Source of the DNA: Camelus dromedarius
Taxonomy: Eukaryota
Assembly: GCF_036321535.1 (NCBI RefSeq)
Contig: NC_087436.1
Span: 37,512,001-37,576,000 of the forward strand
DNA length: 64,000 nucleotides
Reading direction: 5' to 3'
Both the position numbers and the translations under genes were made by a program. Positions 11,500-23,729 of the stretch are shown here, in pieces. Numbering within the stretch: the stretch's first letter is position 1; each line of letters begins with the position of its first letter. Below the pieces are notes generated by a model. It ran no database searches and was not told the DNA's origin. It worked only from the letters and a program-made list of their open reading frames with translations.

Positions 11500-13560
11500 T
11501 AAATCAAGAGCTTCTCTGGAAAGAAACATTTTGAGAACAAAGTAAAGCTCTTAAAAGTGAAAATATGATTGCTGAATTTATATATAAATTATAAGAGCTG
11601 GAAGGTAAGACAAGAAAATCTCTATAATGAGGACCAAATAGACAAAGAGAATTTATAAAGCAAAAAATATGTATAAACAAAAGATATAAACATGGAGGGA
11701 TACATCCAGGAATTCCAATATCTAATTAGTAAGAATTCCATTAAAAAATAAATGAAGAAAAACACAGAGATAAAAGAATCAGAAGTCTCCAAATTCAAAA
11801 AGCACATGCAAGGTAAAAGAGTGAAAAGTGACACATGCTTCAACACATATCTCCATAGCATTTCAGAAGTCCAATTACAAAGAGATCAATAAAAGCTCCC
11901 AAATGGTAAACCAGGATACTCATAAGGGAGCAAAAATCAATCTGACAGTAATAGATACATTAGCACCAAAAGTGGATGCTGAAAGTCAATAAAGTAAGAT
12001 CTTCAAGATTCGAAAGAAAGATGATATTGAATTTAAAATCAAATTATAGCCACTTTTAGAAAGCAAAAACTTAAAAAGCTTACTTTAAACTCATTATTTT
12101 GAAGAAGTTACTTGAAAAAGATTCATACAAAATAAGAATGAAATACAAGAAATAACAAACCATGACATAAAAGGAACAGTGGAGAAGAAATCCATTCCAA
12201 ATGAATTTCAAGACAGCTATAGCACAATCTTAAAATACATACATACACACATACATAAATACATACATACATGCATAAATTACTGCAGTCATCAAAACTG
12301 GAAGTCAGTAGTCTTCTAGAAGAAAGTCTTAAAAGAACAATTACTAGAATGAACTCCAAGTAGTGAATATGTTATGTGAAAAGTTGAGGTGTAATAGTAA
12401 AGATAATTATAATGATGATGATGACAGCAATAAACGCAGCCAATACTCATGAACTCCCTTTCACATAGTGCCAGGCACTGTCCTAAACACGTTGTATTTA
12501 TTATTTCACTTAATCCTCTAAGAGTCCTATGAGACAAGTGCAATTTCATCGTTGTTTGTAGATAAGAAAACCCCAGACACAGCAAAGTAAGATAATTTTC
12601 TTTAGGTCACACAGTTAACTAGTCACTAACCCATGTTCCAAACCCAGGCAGTCCAATTCCAGAGCTCACACTCTAAACTGCTACACTGTGCTGAAGAAGG
12701 TACATGTTTCTTTTTCAAACTAGAAAACAGAAATGCAACCTAAAACTCCAGGAACAATTAAATAAGTGAACATACTCTATGAAAAAAGTCATGGCCCAGG
12801 TATAAAACACATTAGAATATGACATGCTTTAGAGCAGTAAGTAAATTCACAAGGATCATGACTATAGAATCAGAGGAAGAAATGTACTTAGAACATATTG
12901 GCTTTGTAGTTATAATATTTAAATAGTCATAATAATTTAAATGCTGTGTATAGCTTTAATCTTTTATAATTAAAATGTAGGCCAAAGGCAAAAAGTCTTA
13001 ACGTGGCTGTGAAACAGAATGAAAACTATCAGTCTTGATAAAGTAAAGGTATAGTTGATAGAAATTGGAAGGAAGAGGAGAGAAAAAGGTGAGTTGAGAA
13101 ATTGGGGTATTATCATCTTGCAAAGTTGGGGACAAAATAAACTGTTGGAAGCTGATAGACCAATGAATAGGGAGTTAAGTATATTACTTTATGAGTCAAA
13201 GCTAGAAGAAACCACATGTAAGAATTTAGGAAACATCTCCTAAAACCATTTCAAAGAAGTTATTGAAGAAAGTGTTATAACTACAAAAAAAAAAAAAAAA
13301 AAATTAAAAGCTGTGGGGAGAAGCGGAGGTGGGAGGTGATAATAGTGAACTAAAAACCCATATCCTAGAAGAAAGTCAAAATACGTCATCTAAAATCAGT
13401 AAATCAAGAAAAGGCTATATGAAGCAATTTGTTTAGAGATGTGAAGTACCTGCCAGAAGAATTAAAACCAAGCAGGGGTTGGGAAGCAGGACAGCAGGTG
13501 GGCAGGGGTGGGCAGACACCCGTTCTTTTTATTGCAGCCCTTCTACTTTTGAACCATTTT
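11500..13560 (+). mobile_element. Highly decayed old L1/HAL1 (ORF1-like) region, interrupted by a MIR
   Basis: A-rich sequence with ORF1-like remnants (e.g. tccaatatctaattagtaagaattcca, cttcaagattcgaaagaaagatgatattgaatttaaaat). Confidence 0.5.
12429..12693 (-). mobile_element. Near full-length MIR SINE
   Basis: gtgccaggcactgtcctaaacac...tttgtagataagaaaac...ggtcacacagttaac...aaacccaggcagtccaattccagagctcacactctaaactgctacactg. Confidence 0.9.
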
Positions 13561-13601
13561 CTCATAATTCTTTGCTTAAGAAGATTTTTTAAAGGAAGAT
13601 A

Positions 13602-13848
13602 CAAAGAAATTTAATTTGTAACTAAAAAGCTCCCGAAAAACCCAGATAGTTTAACTGGAGAATTCTGCCAAACATTTAAAAAATTTACGCTACTTTTACA
13701 CAAACTCTTCCAGAAAGTAGAAGAGGAAGGAACACTTCCTAAATCACTATATGAGGCTTTATTGCTCTCACATAAACTAGACAAAGACAGTACAACAGAA
13801 AGAAAATTGCAGACCAATATCTCTCATGAACTTAGACACAAAAATTCC
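13602..13848 (+). mobile_element. L1 ORF2 fragment (pre-RT region)
   Basis: ccagatagtttaactggagaattctgccaaacattt (PD-F-GEF-QTF)...agaccaatatctctcatgaac (RPISLMN). Confidence 0.9.
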
Positions 13849-14017
13849 ACTGGCCACAGCCCGTAAATTGGTACATACAAGTTGATATAAAGTTACCCAT
13901 CATAACGTCTCTCCTTCTGGCTAGATGCAGCTCCCACTCCCTTCCCTGCACTCTTGACAGGGCCAGCAGTATGTATTTCATCCAGTTTATCTTCGGTTCC
14001 ACTTGGGGTAAGTGCCT

Positions 14018-14334
14018 TGCTGTGGTCTAAGTGTTTATGCCAGCCCCCCAAATTTATTTGTTGAAATCCTAATGCCCAATGTGATGGTATTAAAAGATGG
14101 GGCCTTTGGGAGGTACTTAGGTCAGGAAGGGTGGAGCTCTCATGAATGGAGCTCTCTTGCTCTTTCTTCCAAGTGAGGATACAACAAGAAGTCTGCACCC
14201 CGGAAGAAGGTCCTCACCCAACCAGGCTGGTACTCTGACCTCGGGCTTCCGACTTCTAGAACCGTGAGAAATATATCGCTATGGTTGATATCACCCCATC
14301 TGTGGTATGTTGTTAGAGCAGCCCAAATGGACTA
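14018..14334 (+). mobile_element. MLT1A-type MaLR solo LTR
   Basis: tgctgtggtcta...ttgaaatcctaatgcccaatgtgatggtatt...ggggcctttgggaggt...gaaccgtgagaaat...gcagcccaaatggacta. Confidence 0.9.
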
Positions 14335-14653
14335 CCTCCTCTCAGAGCGAGCTGGGCAGCTTCTGTCTCCTGCCTAACAAGAATTCTGAGAAAAAATGGC
14401 TCACCTCCTCTGCTGTCAGCTTCCTAGTACAATCTCTTTCCTGAGTCTTCCTCTTGGCACCTGGCAACTGTAGGACTCTTGTCCCTGTCTCTCCACTCTC
14501 GTAGCCTTCCCTTTTGTCTAGAGCCAGAGTTTCCTTTCCCTGGGCGAAGTTCTTCTCTCTTTTCTGTTACACAAATGCAGCATTATCAAAAAGTTCATAA
14601 GTCACTGGATAATTCTAGAGTGCTGTGTAAAGTTCTTATGCTAAGTAAGACTA

Positions 14654-14861
14654 CATTTGACTCTTGAACAACACAGATTTGGACGGCGAGGGTCCACTGA
14701 TATGCAAGTTTTTCCAGTAGTAAATACTACATGCAGTTCTACGCAACACAGGGTTGATTGACTCCTTAGATGTGGAACCTCAGATATGGAAGGCTGAATG
14801 TCAAGCTATACTCTGATTTTTGATGGTGCCCCTAACCCTTATGTTGTTCGAGGGTCCGCTG
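14654..14861. mobile_element. Tigger2a-like TcMar MITE
   Basis: TIRs catttgactcttgaacaaca / tgttgttcgagggtccgctg, flanked by TA on both sides (14652-14653, 14862-14863). Confidence 0.9.
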
Positions 14862-15763
14862 TAATCATCAGGAGGGCTGAAATTCTAGGAGAGATGGGCC
14901 ACATATCTGTTTAAAAATATTTAGGAACTATGGTTCTCCTCTTCAGTCTGTATGGCTCCAATTGGCGGGATATTCCACTCTACTTTGGGTTTTATAACTT
15001 CACCTTTATAATTGCAGATGACTCACATGCTGGACCCCCATTAAATTAAACTAGACACAGTGGAGCTGCTGCAGTTGAAGCAGGGGTGGAGCTTAGAGCC
15101 CCTTCTCCCTTCTTGGTGGTTCCTAGAGCATCCCTGCAGGAACACGGGGCTCCATGGGACACTGGTGGAAACCTCCAGCCTGGATCATCTCTGGGAGGAC
15201 CTCCTTGTGGGGGAATTCATGGTTCTGTTCATTTGTGGCTCTCAGCCACAGTTTATATAACAATTCTTACTTTGACTATATTTAATTTGTTCCCCACTCT
15301 CTTACTGTAGGTTGTGGCTGAGGGAAATGAGGTAGGCTTCAGGATTTGGTTAACTTGCTCATTAGCAGATGCTAAAGAAACATGCTGGGAAAAAACTAGA
15401 GACCTACAGGCCGTGTTGGGGCAGGGCACGGCACATCGATTGTTTGAATATGGCTTGTTTTTTTTGGTATAGGAAATAAACGTGATTATATGCCAGATTA
15501 TTTTATAGTATGTTAGACCATTGTTTCAAATAGTGGTTGTATAAAAGTAAATTTTCCTTTAAAACTGCAAATGTCTAGTCACATTGTTTATTGCCAGCCA
15601 TCGAACAAATTCTTCATAGAATGCTTGATTATCATTAGATAATTTCATGCAATTATAACTCATTATATCATTTTCTAAATTAATAAAAGAATGTTTTTAT
15701 TCTTTTCTAAGTATGAATACTCTGTTCTTTTCACTCTGTCCTTTCCACTTGGATCCTTTTAAA

Positions 15764-16356
15764 AATTTTTTATTATTTATTTTTTAATTGAAGTATAGTT
15801 AGTTACAATGTATCAATTTCTGGTGTACAGCACAATGTCCCAGTCATGCATATACATACATATATTTGTTTTCATTAAATATATTGAATATAGTTCCCTG
15901 TGCTATATAGAAGAAATTTATTTTTTAAAATCTATTTTTATATATAGTGGCTAACATTTGCAAATCCCAAACTCCCAAATGTATCTCTTCCCACCCCCTT
16001 TCCCCTGGTAGCCATTAGATTGTTTACTATGTTTGTGAGTCTATTTGTTTATCCTCTTTTTTATTTCTTTTAGATTCCACATATGATATCATATGGTAAT
16101 ATGATACCATATGATATGATATATGGTAATTTTCCTTTATCTTTCTGGCTTACTTCATTTAGAATGATGATCTTCAGGTCCATCCATGTTGCTGCAAATG
16201 GCATTATTTTATTCTTTTTTTATAACTTCATTTAGAATGATGATCTTCAGGTCCATCCATGTTGCTGCAAATGGCATTATTTTATTCTTTTTTTATAGCT
16301 GAGTAGTATTCCATTGTATAAATATACCACAACTTCTTTATCCAGGCACCTGTTGA
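15764..16356 (-). mobile_element. Young 5'-truncated L1 (camelid/artiodactyl-like 3' end) with TSD
   Basis: T-rich tail, then ttaattgaagtatagttagttacaatgtatcaatttctggtgtacagcacaatg. TSD tggatcctttt(t)aaa at 15750-15763 and 16357-16371. Confidence 0.9.
16152..16297. repeat. Perfect 73-bp tandem duplication inside the L1
   Basis: 16152-16224 is identical to 16225-16297. Confidence 0.95.
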
Positions 16357-16864
16357 TGGATCCTTTTTAAAGTCACTATTATGCTAGGGTGGAAAAAAAT
16401 ACTGGCTAAATTATTTCAATTTCTAAGTATCACTTTTAGAAATAATGAGGTCTCATTTCTATGTAAATCATTGAGACCTGCACTGAGTATGGTGGGAGGT
16501 GAGGACAGGTGTGGGTAGATAGGGGAGTGGACACCATTCATATCTAGTGCAAAGGTACTCTGTACTGGAAAATAAAGTTTTATAAATAAGTTAAGGTTGG
16601 AAATATAAGGCAATAAATACTTAACCAAAGCATTTGTTCTTAATCCAGTAGGCAAAGGAGAATTATTGTAATTTCCTATGCAAGGGCTCGACATAGCAGA
16701 AATGGAAGCAGTAACAGTAGGGAGGCAAACTGTAGTATAGGATCTGGACTGTGTTTTCTCAGAATTTACAATAGACACAGAAGTAAAGTTGGCCAGAGAG
16801 TATCCTACATTTTAGGAAACATGCCTTTCAGAGAAAAAGTAGTAAAAGAGAAGTGTTCAAATAA

Positions 16865-17290
16865 ATGTACATGGTTACAAGCAACAATAGATAGCTAAGT
16901 AGCTTAATAGAAGGGGATGTCCTGGAAGGATGCTGGAAGCTCCCGGGACCAGTGTGAAGCTGGTGGAATGGGCCTGCAGTAGGCAGGGACCAAGGGTGCT
17001 TAGAGGTCAGCAGCAGTCACTAAGCAGTGGTCTGTTAATGCTGACGATCTGGTGAACACGGGACCGCACCACCTCACCCCTCACTTCCCTCTTCATTGCA
17101 CTCTTTCAACAGATTAAAAGAATTGAGGTAACTTTGACACTTTTGGAGCTGATAGAGTCTTGGTGAATATCCATCTTGTTTCTGCCTTGTCTTCCTTATT
17201 AGGGCCTCGTACCTAACCTGCCCACACAGGGGAGAGTTCATGTGCCAGAGGAAACTGTGTCACTCTTAGGAAATGAAGACAGATGTTGGA
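16865..17290 (-). mobile_element. Old MLT1-like LTR
   Basis: ggttacaagcaacaatag...cctggaaggatgctggaagctc... resembles the start of an old MLT1 on the minus strand. Confidence 0.45.
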
Positions 17291-17599
17291 CAATTGAAAT
17301 ATAAGAAATAATCATTCCAGGCAGGCTCTCAGGAACACAACTCTTACATTAAAATCAGATAATCCCAGAAAGAAAAAAGGGAAGGGCATCCCAAGAGAAC
17401 AGTGTGCTATATGGGGAATTTTAGGATTATCCCAGCTTGAAATTGCCATTTATGAGAAGAAATATCACAAAGGACACATTCTTGCAAAATAACTGAGACC
17501 TCTTCCATTCACCTTGGGAAGGCTAAACTGTTGAATAAGCTGACTAAAGAGTCAGAGAGATTACCAGAATAAGGAGCTGAAAAAGACGGGGAAGATCAG

Positions 17600-19600
17600 T
17601 GATAGAAATTTAATGACGGGTAGAGAAAAAACAAAGCCCTTCAAAGCCTATTTTGCTTCAGTATTTTAGACCTTGGAAAGCAACCTTCAAATGAAAAAGG
17701 GCAAAGCAAAGATTTTTAGGATGAAAATAAAGATCCAATATAAGTGATTAGATAGCAAAAGAGCATGCATCTGTTTCTAAAAGAACTCAAAGCTTCAGCC
17801 TAGATAAATTACTTGCCACAGCACTGAAGAAACTGGAAGATGTGATCAAGAAAACACTGTCAGTAATTTCTTAGAAAGTTCATTGAAGAAATGTCAGAAG
17901 TAATGAGTTGGGCAAATGCTGTCTAGATTCATAAAAAGGGCAAGATGACAGGTTGGTGCAAAATTCTCAAGTGGATTATTAAATAGTTGATTTATGAGCA
18001 TGTAGACAAGAAAACTGCCATGTGCATGAATACATACAGATAAAGTAGGGTGACATAGTGGGGACTGGAGTCAGACGACTTGGTTCAGGCCCTCATTCTG
18101 TCACTCAGCAGCTGTGTGGACACAAGCATATCACTGAACTCCTTTGAGTTGCAGTATCTTTATCTTGGAAATAAGGTTCTGGAACTAGATGTCCTTTAAT
18201 GGACAGTTTAGTCACAAAAAAAAATCTATCAGCTCCAAGTGTAGTGAATTCACCTCGATTCATTTAATCAGGCTGCCATTTATTAAAGGACATAGCCTGT
18301 ACTGGATGCTTATGTCATTTTCTGAAGTACCCACATTGGTCTTATGACAGGTGGGTATTATTAACCCCTTTTTGCAAATACTGAAATTGAAGTTCAGAGT
18401 GGCTAACTAATAGATTAGTGCATCAAGGCCAGAGTGTATTCTGATAGCAGGGAATCAGGTGACCAGTCCTCCACGCTACTGTGATGGACAAGATGAATAG
18501 ATTTAGGATGGAGAGCTCTACAATAACACTACAGTGAGCACTGCAGCAATAACTTTTGTTTGGGTAGTTATACCTAAAATATGTTGATGATGAAGCCATG
18601 TCCATTTCATGGGAAGTTTCTTCTGGTGTTCCTTTAACTTTGGCCTGTCAAACTTTTGGATTTTTATAAACAATTTGGCTGAAAGAATCAAAGAAATTCT
18701 AAGCATTTTTTTTTAAAAAAAACAGGAATAGGAGAAATATCCAGAAGAATAATTTATTCACATATTCATTTATTCAAGTATCACATCCAGAATAAGATTC
18801 GAGGTAAGCAATTCATTCACAGAATGACCAGTGTTCAAGCAGTGAAGTATTTTAGTACTGAAAGTAAATTCCTGCACTTAATATCAAAACTACCTTGCTG
18901 GAAAGGAAAGCCTTAACTTTGAAGAGGGTTAGAATTTGAGGAAGTGAAACAGAGGTTTGGAGTGTGTGGGATGGGCTCTCAGGTTGCTGTTTGGAGCTTC
19001 CAAGAAGGACTAGAATGGAAGTATCTTGAGCAATATTTAAGTGATTTCCCCCCACCTAAGTCACAGGATGGGAAGTAAGGGAATCTTCAGTTAATAGACA
19101 TTTTCTGTTAAATGAACCCAATTTATTTCAGGTTGATTTCAAGTTCAACAGAAACCAACCACTTGAAAATTCTAGCATAAAAGACTAATGTAAATTTCAG
19201 TTACACTGACAGAAGAGAGCATTTGGGTCCGGGGTGGCAGGATGCCTCACCGTTTCTGCCTTAGCCAGACCACATCCTGAGCACGGTGGATTCCCCTCTG
19301 GACCACACAGTCACAAACTGAAGAAAGTCTAGTGGAAGGTGTCCGGGGGGTCGAAAGATCTGAAAAGCATATCAAATGAGGAATAGCTGGGGCAACTAGA
19401 AAAGATAAGAGTGACATGAAAGCTTCTTTTAAATATATAAAGAGGGACTATTTGGAAAAGACGGTTAGTTATAAAACTCTCAGAAAGAAAAATTAGATGT
19501 GGGTAGAATTATTGAAAAGTACTCTTTTCCAATGAGACCCTCTCCAAAGTTGAATGGAGTCACCCTTACAGGGTTAAGAGCCTCCTAGTCACTCATCCTG
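17600..19600 (+). mobile_element. Fragmented CR1/L3 LINE (ORF2 to 3' end) with nested MIRs
   Basis: Degenerate CR1 ORF2 motifs: tattttgcttcagtattt (YFASVF), ctgaagaaactggaagatgtgatc (LKxLxDVI), tgggcaaatgctgtc..attcataaaaagggc (WANxxxIxKKG), gtttcttctggtgttcct (VSSGVP). L3 3' body at 19130-19600. MIRs at ~18045-18200 (+) and ~18270-18480 (-). Confidence 0.75.
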
Positions 19601-19602
19601 TT

Positions 19603-20000
19603 ACATTCAATGAGTGTCGGTTGAGAGCCTTCTGTGTTCCATTCTAAACTCTTGGAAGACATCAATGAGAAAACAGACAAAAATCCATGCTCTTGGAGTG
19701 TTTACATTCTAGTAGGGGTAGGGAAACTTGCAATAAACAATGAAACAAACAAATCAGTAAATTTTATGGCATGTTGGGATGTGAAAGAGTCATGAGAAGA
19801 GAGTAGAATAAGAGAGGTGAGGAATGAGAGACGGTGGGACAGGAATGGGACTGGCTGCAGTTACACTAGGATTGCTCTGGTCGGGCAGCCACATTGAGAA
19901 GGTGACAAATGAGCATAGACTTCAGTGAAGAGTGTGAAGACGTTCTCCTGGGGAAGGATATTGTAAGCAGAGGGAAAAGCCATGTGAGGGCTGAGGAGGG
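19603..20000 (-). mobile_element. L2a 3' fragment
   Basis: cattcaatgagtgtcggttgagagcc...aaacagacaaaaatccatgctcttggagtgtttacattctagtaggg...aaggtgacaaatgagcatagac. Confidence 0.85.
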
Positions 20001-20214
20001 ATTGTACCAGCAAGGAAGCCTCCTCGGGGGGTATTTAAGCAAAGCTGGGCAGAACATTTGGGAGAAGAGTTGAAAAGAGGATTACTGCTTGGAGTGAGAA
20101 CTTGGACTTCAGTCTCTGCCAACTTTTTATATTCTCTGTGCATAGTATTTTCTTCTAGTTCAGAATAATTAATTTGGCAGTGATGAGAAGAATGGGTTCA
20201 AGAGCAGAGATGTC

Positions 20215-20375
20215 AGACCCGGGCTCACATATACTAATGGTAAAGGGACCAGACAGAGAGTAGAAACATTTTAAAATATGGACAATGCATTTGAATATTT
20301 TTTTAAATTATGTAAATCAAACGAAGCATGGTTGCAGGCCAAATCTGGCCCAAGGGCCTCCAGTTTGGTACCTTT
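20215..20375. mobile_element. hAT MITE fragment
   Basis: caggccaaatctggcccaagggcctccagtttgg is a typical hAT MER terminus. Confidence 0.5.
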
Positions 20376-20865
20376 CATTAGAGAAAGTGAAATCATTTAA
20401 AAGGGTAAAGGTCTTATCTGGACAGGAAGTCAAGGAGAATAAAAGATAAAAGAAGAAATCTGTGTGTCTTTGGTGGCAATTATTCCTTTGTTATGATTTG
20501 ACAAGAAACCAAAAGGGAAGAAAGAATCAAAGACTACTCTGTGGCTTAGACCCCAAGACTTTGCTTTTCCTCAAGCAAGGGTAACATTGGTTTTTTTTCT
20601 GCCTATTATCAATGGCCAGATACTTACTTGTCCTCCCATTGTCCTGTTATGCATATTTACACATAATTTAGAAACTTGGAATCCACTTAGGGAAAGAAAA
20701 TACTAGTCAATGCAACCTTTCTCAATTATTTTGTATCTATAATGTAATTATAGTCGTAACACTTTTGAACAGAGGCTCAGAATTAATTAACTGTGATAAT
20801 TACAAAGACACAGGTAAAGCTTTTATTCTTTTTGCCGTATAACTTGTCCTGTTTCCTTGCTGCAG

Positions 20866-21024
20866 GTGCCTTCATTTGCAAGATGGTGCCGTTTGTCCAG
20901 TCCACTGCTATCGTGACAGAAATACTCACAATGACCTGCATTGCTGTGGAAAGACACCAGGGACTTGTACATCCTTTTAAAATGAAGTGGCAATACACCA
21001 ACCAAAGGGCTTTCACAATGCTAG
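20866..21024 (+). CDS. QRFPR: QRFPR coding exon 2 (159 bp; TM3, ERH motif, ICL2)
   Basis: Acceptor tttccttgctgcag|GT, donor CTAG|gtgagg. Translates (G)AFICKMVPFVQSTAIVTEILTMTCIAVERHQGLVHPFKMKWQYTNQRAFTML(G), matching mammalian QRFPR. Confidence 0.97.
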
Positions 21025-22339
21025 GTGAGGGCATGCCGGTGGCAGTAGTTAATGCCATTCTTCACTACAGAACAAAGAGAATTTCTTCAAAGCGATTCAT
21101 AAACCAGTGGAGTAAGCTCTCATCTATCTTGTAGACATTGGAGTGCAATTTCAGGGTTTCAGTTCTGTCCACATTTTCTGCCACCCCCCGCCCCACCTTC
21201 AGGCCTACCCTAGCACTGAAAATCTCTCTGCTCAGATTTACTTCTTGAGTTACATTATAACCACTTAAGCTATACTCTCACCTGATCTAAGATAATCTAT
21301 CGGTGGCATTGCCGTATTAACATTCATTAGGTTAGCGCTCTGTCATCCTGAGGTTAGAGCCTCTGAGCCAAGGCGCCCTTGTGGAGGCAGGTAGATTTTG
21401 ACAGAGGCCAGGAAAGTTGTCTTTAGAAAAACGGAGAACAGGGGTGCTGCCTAGAGGTGGCCCCGGTGGTGTGCGTGCAACAGTAGACGGCCGCAGGGCT
21501 CATGCGAACACTGGGCGCTGAGTGCTGGAGGTGCCTGACAACGACAAATTCCGTCCCTGCCCTTATTTTGCTTCAGGCATTCCTGAAGCCTCAGCTTGCT
21601 GTAACCATTCCCGAGTCAGCAAGTCATGATGAGCACGTGCCTCCTGATGAATGTAAACCTAAAGCAATGTCCTAAAGCCTAGCACAGGAAAATGGAGGAA
21701 TTTCTCTGATGATTGTAGTCAAGCCATTTGAAACCCTAAAGTGCTTCTCCATGATTTGAATGTATTACAGCTGAATAACCAGAAGTTAAGGAGCAACTAA
21801 TGCAATAATCAAAGAGAGCAATTTTTTACTAATATCTCACTTGAGAGAAGTGATTAAACAGTTATTTCTACTGTAAAAATTTAGCTAGCATGGGGTGGTA
21901 GAATTACAGAAAGAACTCCTGAAGGCTTTGCAACACCGAACTCATTTTAAATAGCTAAACCAATAAGGAAAAAAATCACTGGCTTCAATTATTTTCAGAT
22001 TTATGTCACATCCTTCCTACAAAGAATTCAAAGACTTCTTGGCTTTTAATAATTGACATCCTTCCACCATCAGAACATCTGAAAACAGCATGTGGGTGTG
22101 GAAAGAGAGTTAGAGAAGGAATACATGGAGGAGGGGAGTTATTCAAAAAGGAAAGAGAAGGAGAGGGAATTTCAGCATCCAAAAGCAAAGTTGGTAACAG
22201 GCAGCTAAGGGAGTGCCTCCTCAAAAATGTCGTAGGAGACAGAAAGCCTTTTAAATCAAGCAGCGTCATCTCCCTTAGAGGCTTTCCTGCGGTGTCGTGC
22301 GACAGCTCCCTCTCCCTGTTACACTGGGAACCAGTGTCT

Positions 22340-22813
22340 ATCATGCCCAGTACCTCCTTCTAGCTGAGACTTGCTGGCTCCCAGGCCCCAGCCAGCAGAG
22401 ATATGCTAGACACTCTTGCCCAGACGTGCTCACAGATTCTACCAGTTATGTTCATATGTTCATAGAGCCCTAGCCCTTCTGCCCCTGAGCAGACAGTGGA
22501 TTCAAGGACATTGGCAATGAGCCAAGCCAGCTAGACTCAATTCCTCCAGAACTTCTACTAAATACTGGAAAAATGATTGAACATAAGGTAACATAATAAA
22601 ATAATGACTGGACTAGAAAAGAATAGATGTGTGTAGCAATGAGGAGAGAGAGAGGGACAGGGACAGAGACATTGATTTGTAAGCCTTACAACTATCTTGA
22701 ATCATTGATTCATAATGACCTTCTATAGGTGGTGTCAGTTCATATGTTTCTTTATAACAAACATCAATTATGGATTAAGTGGGCCTCAGTTCCTTGAAAC
22801 TCAAGGCAATACA
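22340..22813 (+). mobile_element. Old ERVL-class LTR (LTR16/LTR33-like)
   Basis: 3' end gggcctcagttccttgaaactcaaggcaataca resembles an LTR16/33 terminus. Confidence 0.4.
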
Positions 22814-22895
22814 GTGTTTTCTTAAGGATTCCACTCAGTATAGAATGAACAAGCAGAGCTTGAGCTGGGAAATTTTTGTTTTAAATCAGTGTTGG

Positions 22896-23464
22896 GGAGG
22901 AGATCAAGACGGTGGAGTAGAAGAACGTGGAGCTCACCTCCCCCCACAAAAATACACCTACATGTGGAGCAGTTCTCACAGAATACCGACTAAAAGCTGG
23001 CAGGAGGTATCCTATCCAACCAAATCGGCAAGAAAGATCCCACATAACCAAGTAGGGTGAAAGGAGAGGGGAAAAAAGGAGTAGGGATGAGACCTGTGCC
23101 CCGGAAGCAAGCTGTGAAAGAGGAAAAGTTCCCTTGCCCTGGGAACCCCCTTCACCCCCTGCGAGGTCTGCGGGGCAGATAGGGAGCTGGAGTGGCCTGG
23201 AGTTTGTTCAAGAGGAGTGTGCAGAGCTGGCGTGCTGCCAGGCGGGGAAGCGAGGGACCAGCACAGAGAACTGCCACAGCGCCGCACTACGCAGCCTGAG
23301 ATGTGCACCTGCTGGTGTGTGCACTGGCTAAATCACAGACGAGGGCACAAAACAAGCCTCAATAAATTTCAGAGATAGAAATTATTTCAAGCATCTTTTC
23401 TGACCACAACAGTATGGAACTGGAAATCAACCATGAGAGAAAAAAAATAATTACATGGAGACAA
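22896..23464 (+). mobile_element. Internally deleted L1: 5'UTR start fused to an ORF2 endonuclease fragment, TSD-flanked
   Basis: Starts ggaggagatcaagacggtggagtagaagaacgtggagctcacctc (L1 5' end). After ~23326 it reads GHKTSLNKF..IEIISSIFSDHNSMELEIN (APE endonuclease SDH motif, one frameshift). Flanked by aaatcagtgttgg / aaatcaacgttgg. Confidence 0.85.
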
Positions 23465-23729
23465 AAATCAACGTTGGAGCTCTTGGTTCTGGCCTTGTCC
23501 TAGTCCAATGAGATTCTCTTTTGTTCTTTGCTGAGGATGTATCATTAAAGCAGTTCCCTCAACTAACTCATATGGAGGACAGAGCATTTGGAAAAAGCGC
23601 CCTGGTTTCTGATGTTACAAGTGTTTGTTTTGTAAATAAGAATATGATGTTCATATAATTATACTGAAGATAAATGTACTTTCAATTTTAAGAAGAAATT
23701 ATAGAAGGTGCATATATCATGTTTAAGTT

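Noticed and set aside
1..20865. QRFPR exon 1 / promoter
   Set aside because: No N-terminal/TM1-TM2 coding sequence or CpG island found, so it must lie upstream of the window.
20793..21134. ORF-track extensions of QRFPR exons (also 24411-24668, 29858-30094, 30651-30735)
   Set aside because: The extra residues are intronic read-through outside the splice sites.
21447..21465. CTCF-like gcctagaggtggc (also ctctgtagatggct at ~56451)
   Set aside because: Several mismatches in the core; matches of this quality are expected by chance in 64 kb.
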